Of a stretch of DNA of 58,958 nucleotides, positions 57,942 through 58,958 are shown piece after piece; positions within the stretch are counted from its first letter, which is position 1; each line of letters opens with the position of its first letter. The stretch is from an uncultured OCS116 cluster bacterium (GTDB lineage Bacteria > Pseudomonadota > Alphaproteobacteria > Rhizobiales > TMED25). Location: NCBI GenBank assembly GCA_902538185.1, contig CACBED010000002.1, positions 1 through 58,958 on the forward strand, in the 5' to 3' direction. The translations under genes and the position numbers were made by a program. The notes beneath the pieces are model-generated. The model was not told where the DNA came from, did no database searches, and was given only the letters and a program-made list of their open reading frames with translations.

Positions 57942-58958
57942 TCAAGAGCCCACATTAATATTATTATTCTTTAATATAGAATAGTATTCTTCAAAAACAT
58001 TATCAATATTTTGAAAATCCTCATCTTTCTTCGCTGATTTAAAATGATTCACACCCAAATTAATGATATTCAACTCTATTTGATCAACTTTATGAAGAAA
58101 TTTTATAAAATTTTCATTATTCCCAGAACAATCTAGTACAAGATTGCAGCCAGCATTATAGGCATTTAGGACTCTTGATTCGTGATTACCCTCCAGCGCT
58201 TGCATATTAATATCATCTGTAATAATTAAACCACCAAAGCCAGTAATAGATCGAATCATTTTAATTGCTTTTTTTGAAATGGTGACTGGACGATCAGATA
58301 TAGATGAGAACTTGATATGCGCTGTCATAGCAATCGGCATACTATTAAATTTAATAAATGGTTGAAAATCATGATCGATTAGCTCGTCAATCGGATCATT
58401 TATAGTCGGTAATTCAATATGACTATCAAGACTTGATCTCCCATGCCCCGGTATGTGCTTTAGTATTGGAACAATAGAACCTTGTTGAAACCCTTTTATC
58501 ATTTCATTAGCAAGTTGATAGACTATATTTGCGTCTGATGAAAAAATTCGCTCGATAAGAATATTGCTTGTATTACGATGCCTAATATCAATACATGGTG
58601 CACAATTTATATCAATTCCCACATCCACTAAATCATTGGCAATTAACCTTCCAACAAGATAAGATAATCTATTCGCGGCTGGGGCCGATTTTTTACAAAG
58701 ATCGCCAATCTGTCTATATGTGGGGTAGCGTTTCCAGTGCGGAATATCTAATCTTTGTACCTTGCCACCCTCTTGATCTATGAGGATATGTATGTCCTCC
58801 CTAACCTTTTCTTTTATTTCATTTATTAATTTTTTTAATTGTACTTTGTTGACTATATTGCGCGTGAATAGTATTAGCCCATATGGGTTTATTTCATTTA
58901 GAATACTCACTTCAGATTGGGATAAACTGCTTGAATTTATACCAAGAACTAATGGAGA
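57942..58958 (-). CDS. nagZ: Beta-N-acetylhexosaminidase NagZ (GH3), 5'-partial
   Basis: 'ILFTRN', 'IDQEGGKVQRL', 'KHIPGHG....DSH', 'MTAH'. Frame is open to the window edge (SPLVLGINSSS...). Confidence 0.93.
   Translation of the reverse strand, partial: SPLVLGINSSSLSQSEVSILNEINPYGLILFTRNIVNKVQLKKLINEIKEKVREDIHILIDQEGGKVQRLDIPHWKRYPTYRQIGDLCKKSAPAANRLSYLVGRLIANDLVDVGIDINCAPCIDIRHRNTSNILIERIFSSDANIVYQLANEMIKGFQQGSIVPILKHIPGHGRSSLDSHIELPTINDPIDELIDHDFQPFIKFNSMPIAMTAHIKFSSISDRPVTISKKAIKMIRSITGFGGLIITDDINMQALEGNHESRVLNAYNAGCNLVLDCSGNNENFIKFLHKVDQIELNIINLGVNHFKSAKKDEDFQNIDNVFEEYYSILKNNNINVGS

Noticed and set aside
1047-58783. Many 60-180-aa antisense or alternate-frame ORFs in the track (e.g. 20959-21465, 26933-27445, 50589-51125, 53972-54439)
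   Set aside because: They lie within well-supported genes, show no recognisable motifs and look like shadow ORFs.

Overview
AT-rich (roughly one-third GC by eye) chromosomal segment of a genome-streamlined alphaproteobacterium. A marine Rhizobiales/Hyphomicrobiales-like origin is inferred from gene order and the dif-like sequence. The window appears to span the replication terminus: a 28-bp dif-like XerC/XerD site lies at 35792-35819, where gene orientation and KOPS octamer polarity converge. The left part is accessory. It holds the 3' part of a Calx-beta/Ig-like autotransporter adhesin and two 92%-identical tRNA-Ser genes (CGA and TGA) bracketing one SDR gene. A ~26-kb block with no recognisable regulator follows: the Aap/Bzt amino-acid ABC transporter, small membrane proteins with PrsW, an aldehyde dehydrogenase-RidA-hydrolase unit, an AhpD-like protein paired with a 2,6-dihydroxypseudooxynicotine-hydrolase-like enzyme, a flavin-binding protein, AzlCD, a TTT transporter with a His-rich LVIVD beta-propeller, a Liv-type ABC transporter and an MsbA-like exporter. 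This block is my best candidate for an undescribed (N-heterocycle/aromatic) catabolic system. The right part is core genes: rlpA-tmk-holB-metG-tatD-MBL, hflX, trkA, ntrYX, ntrBC, ispDF, cinA, ratA-like, lipA, lpdA, pdhCBA, ftsB, eno, kdsA, an ABC ATPase, scpBA and partial nagZ. Several usually adjacent genes (hfq, dusB, dacA, tat...pyrG) are missing from their usual slots. I saw no integrase, transposase or CRISPR array. All calls come from motif recognition by eye; no database search was run.
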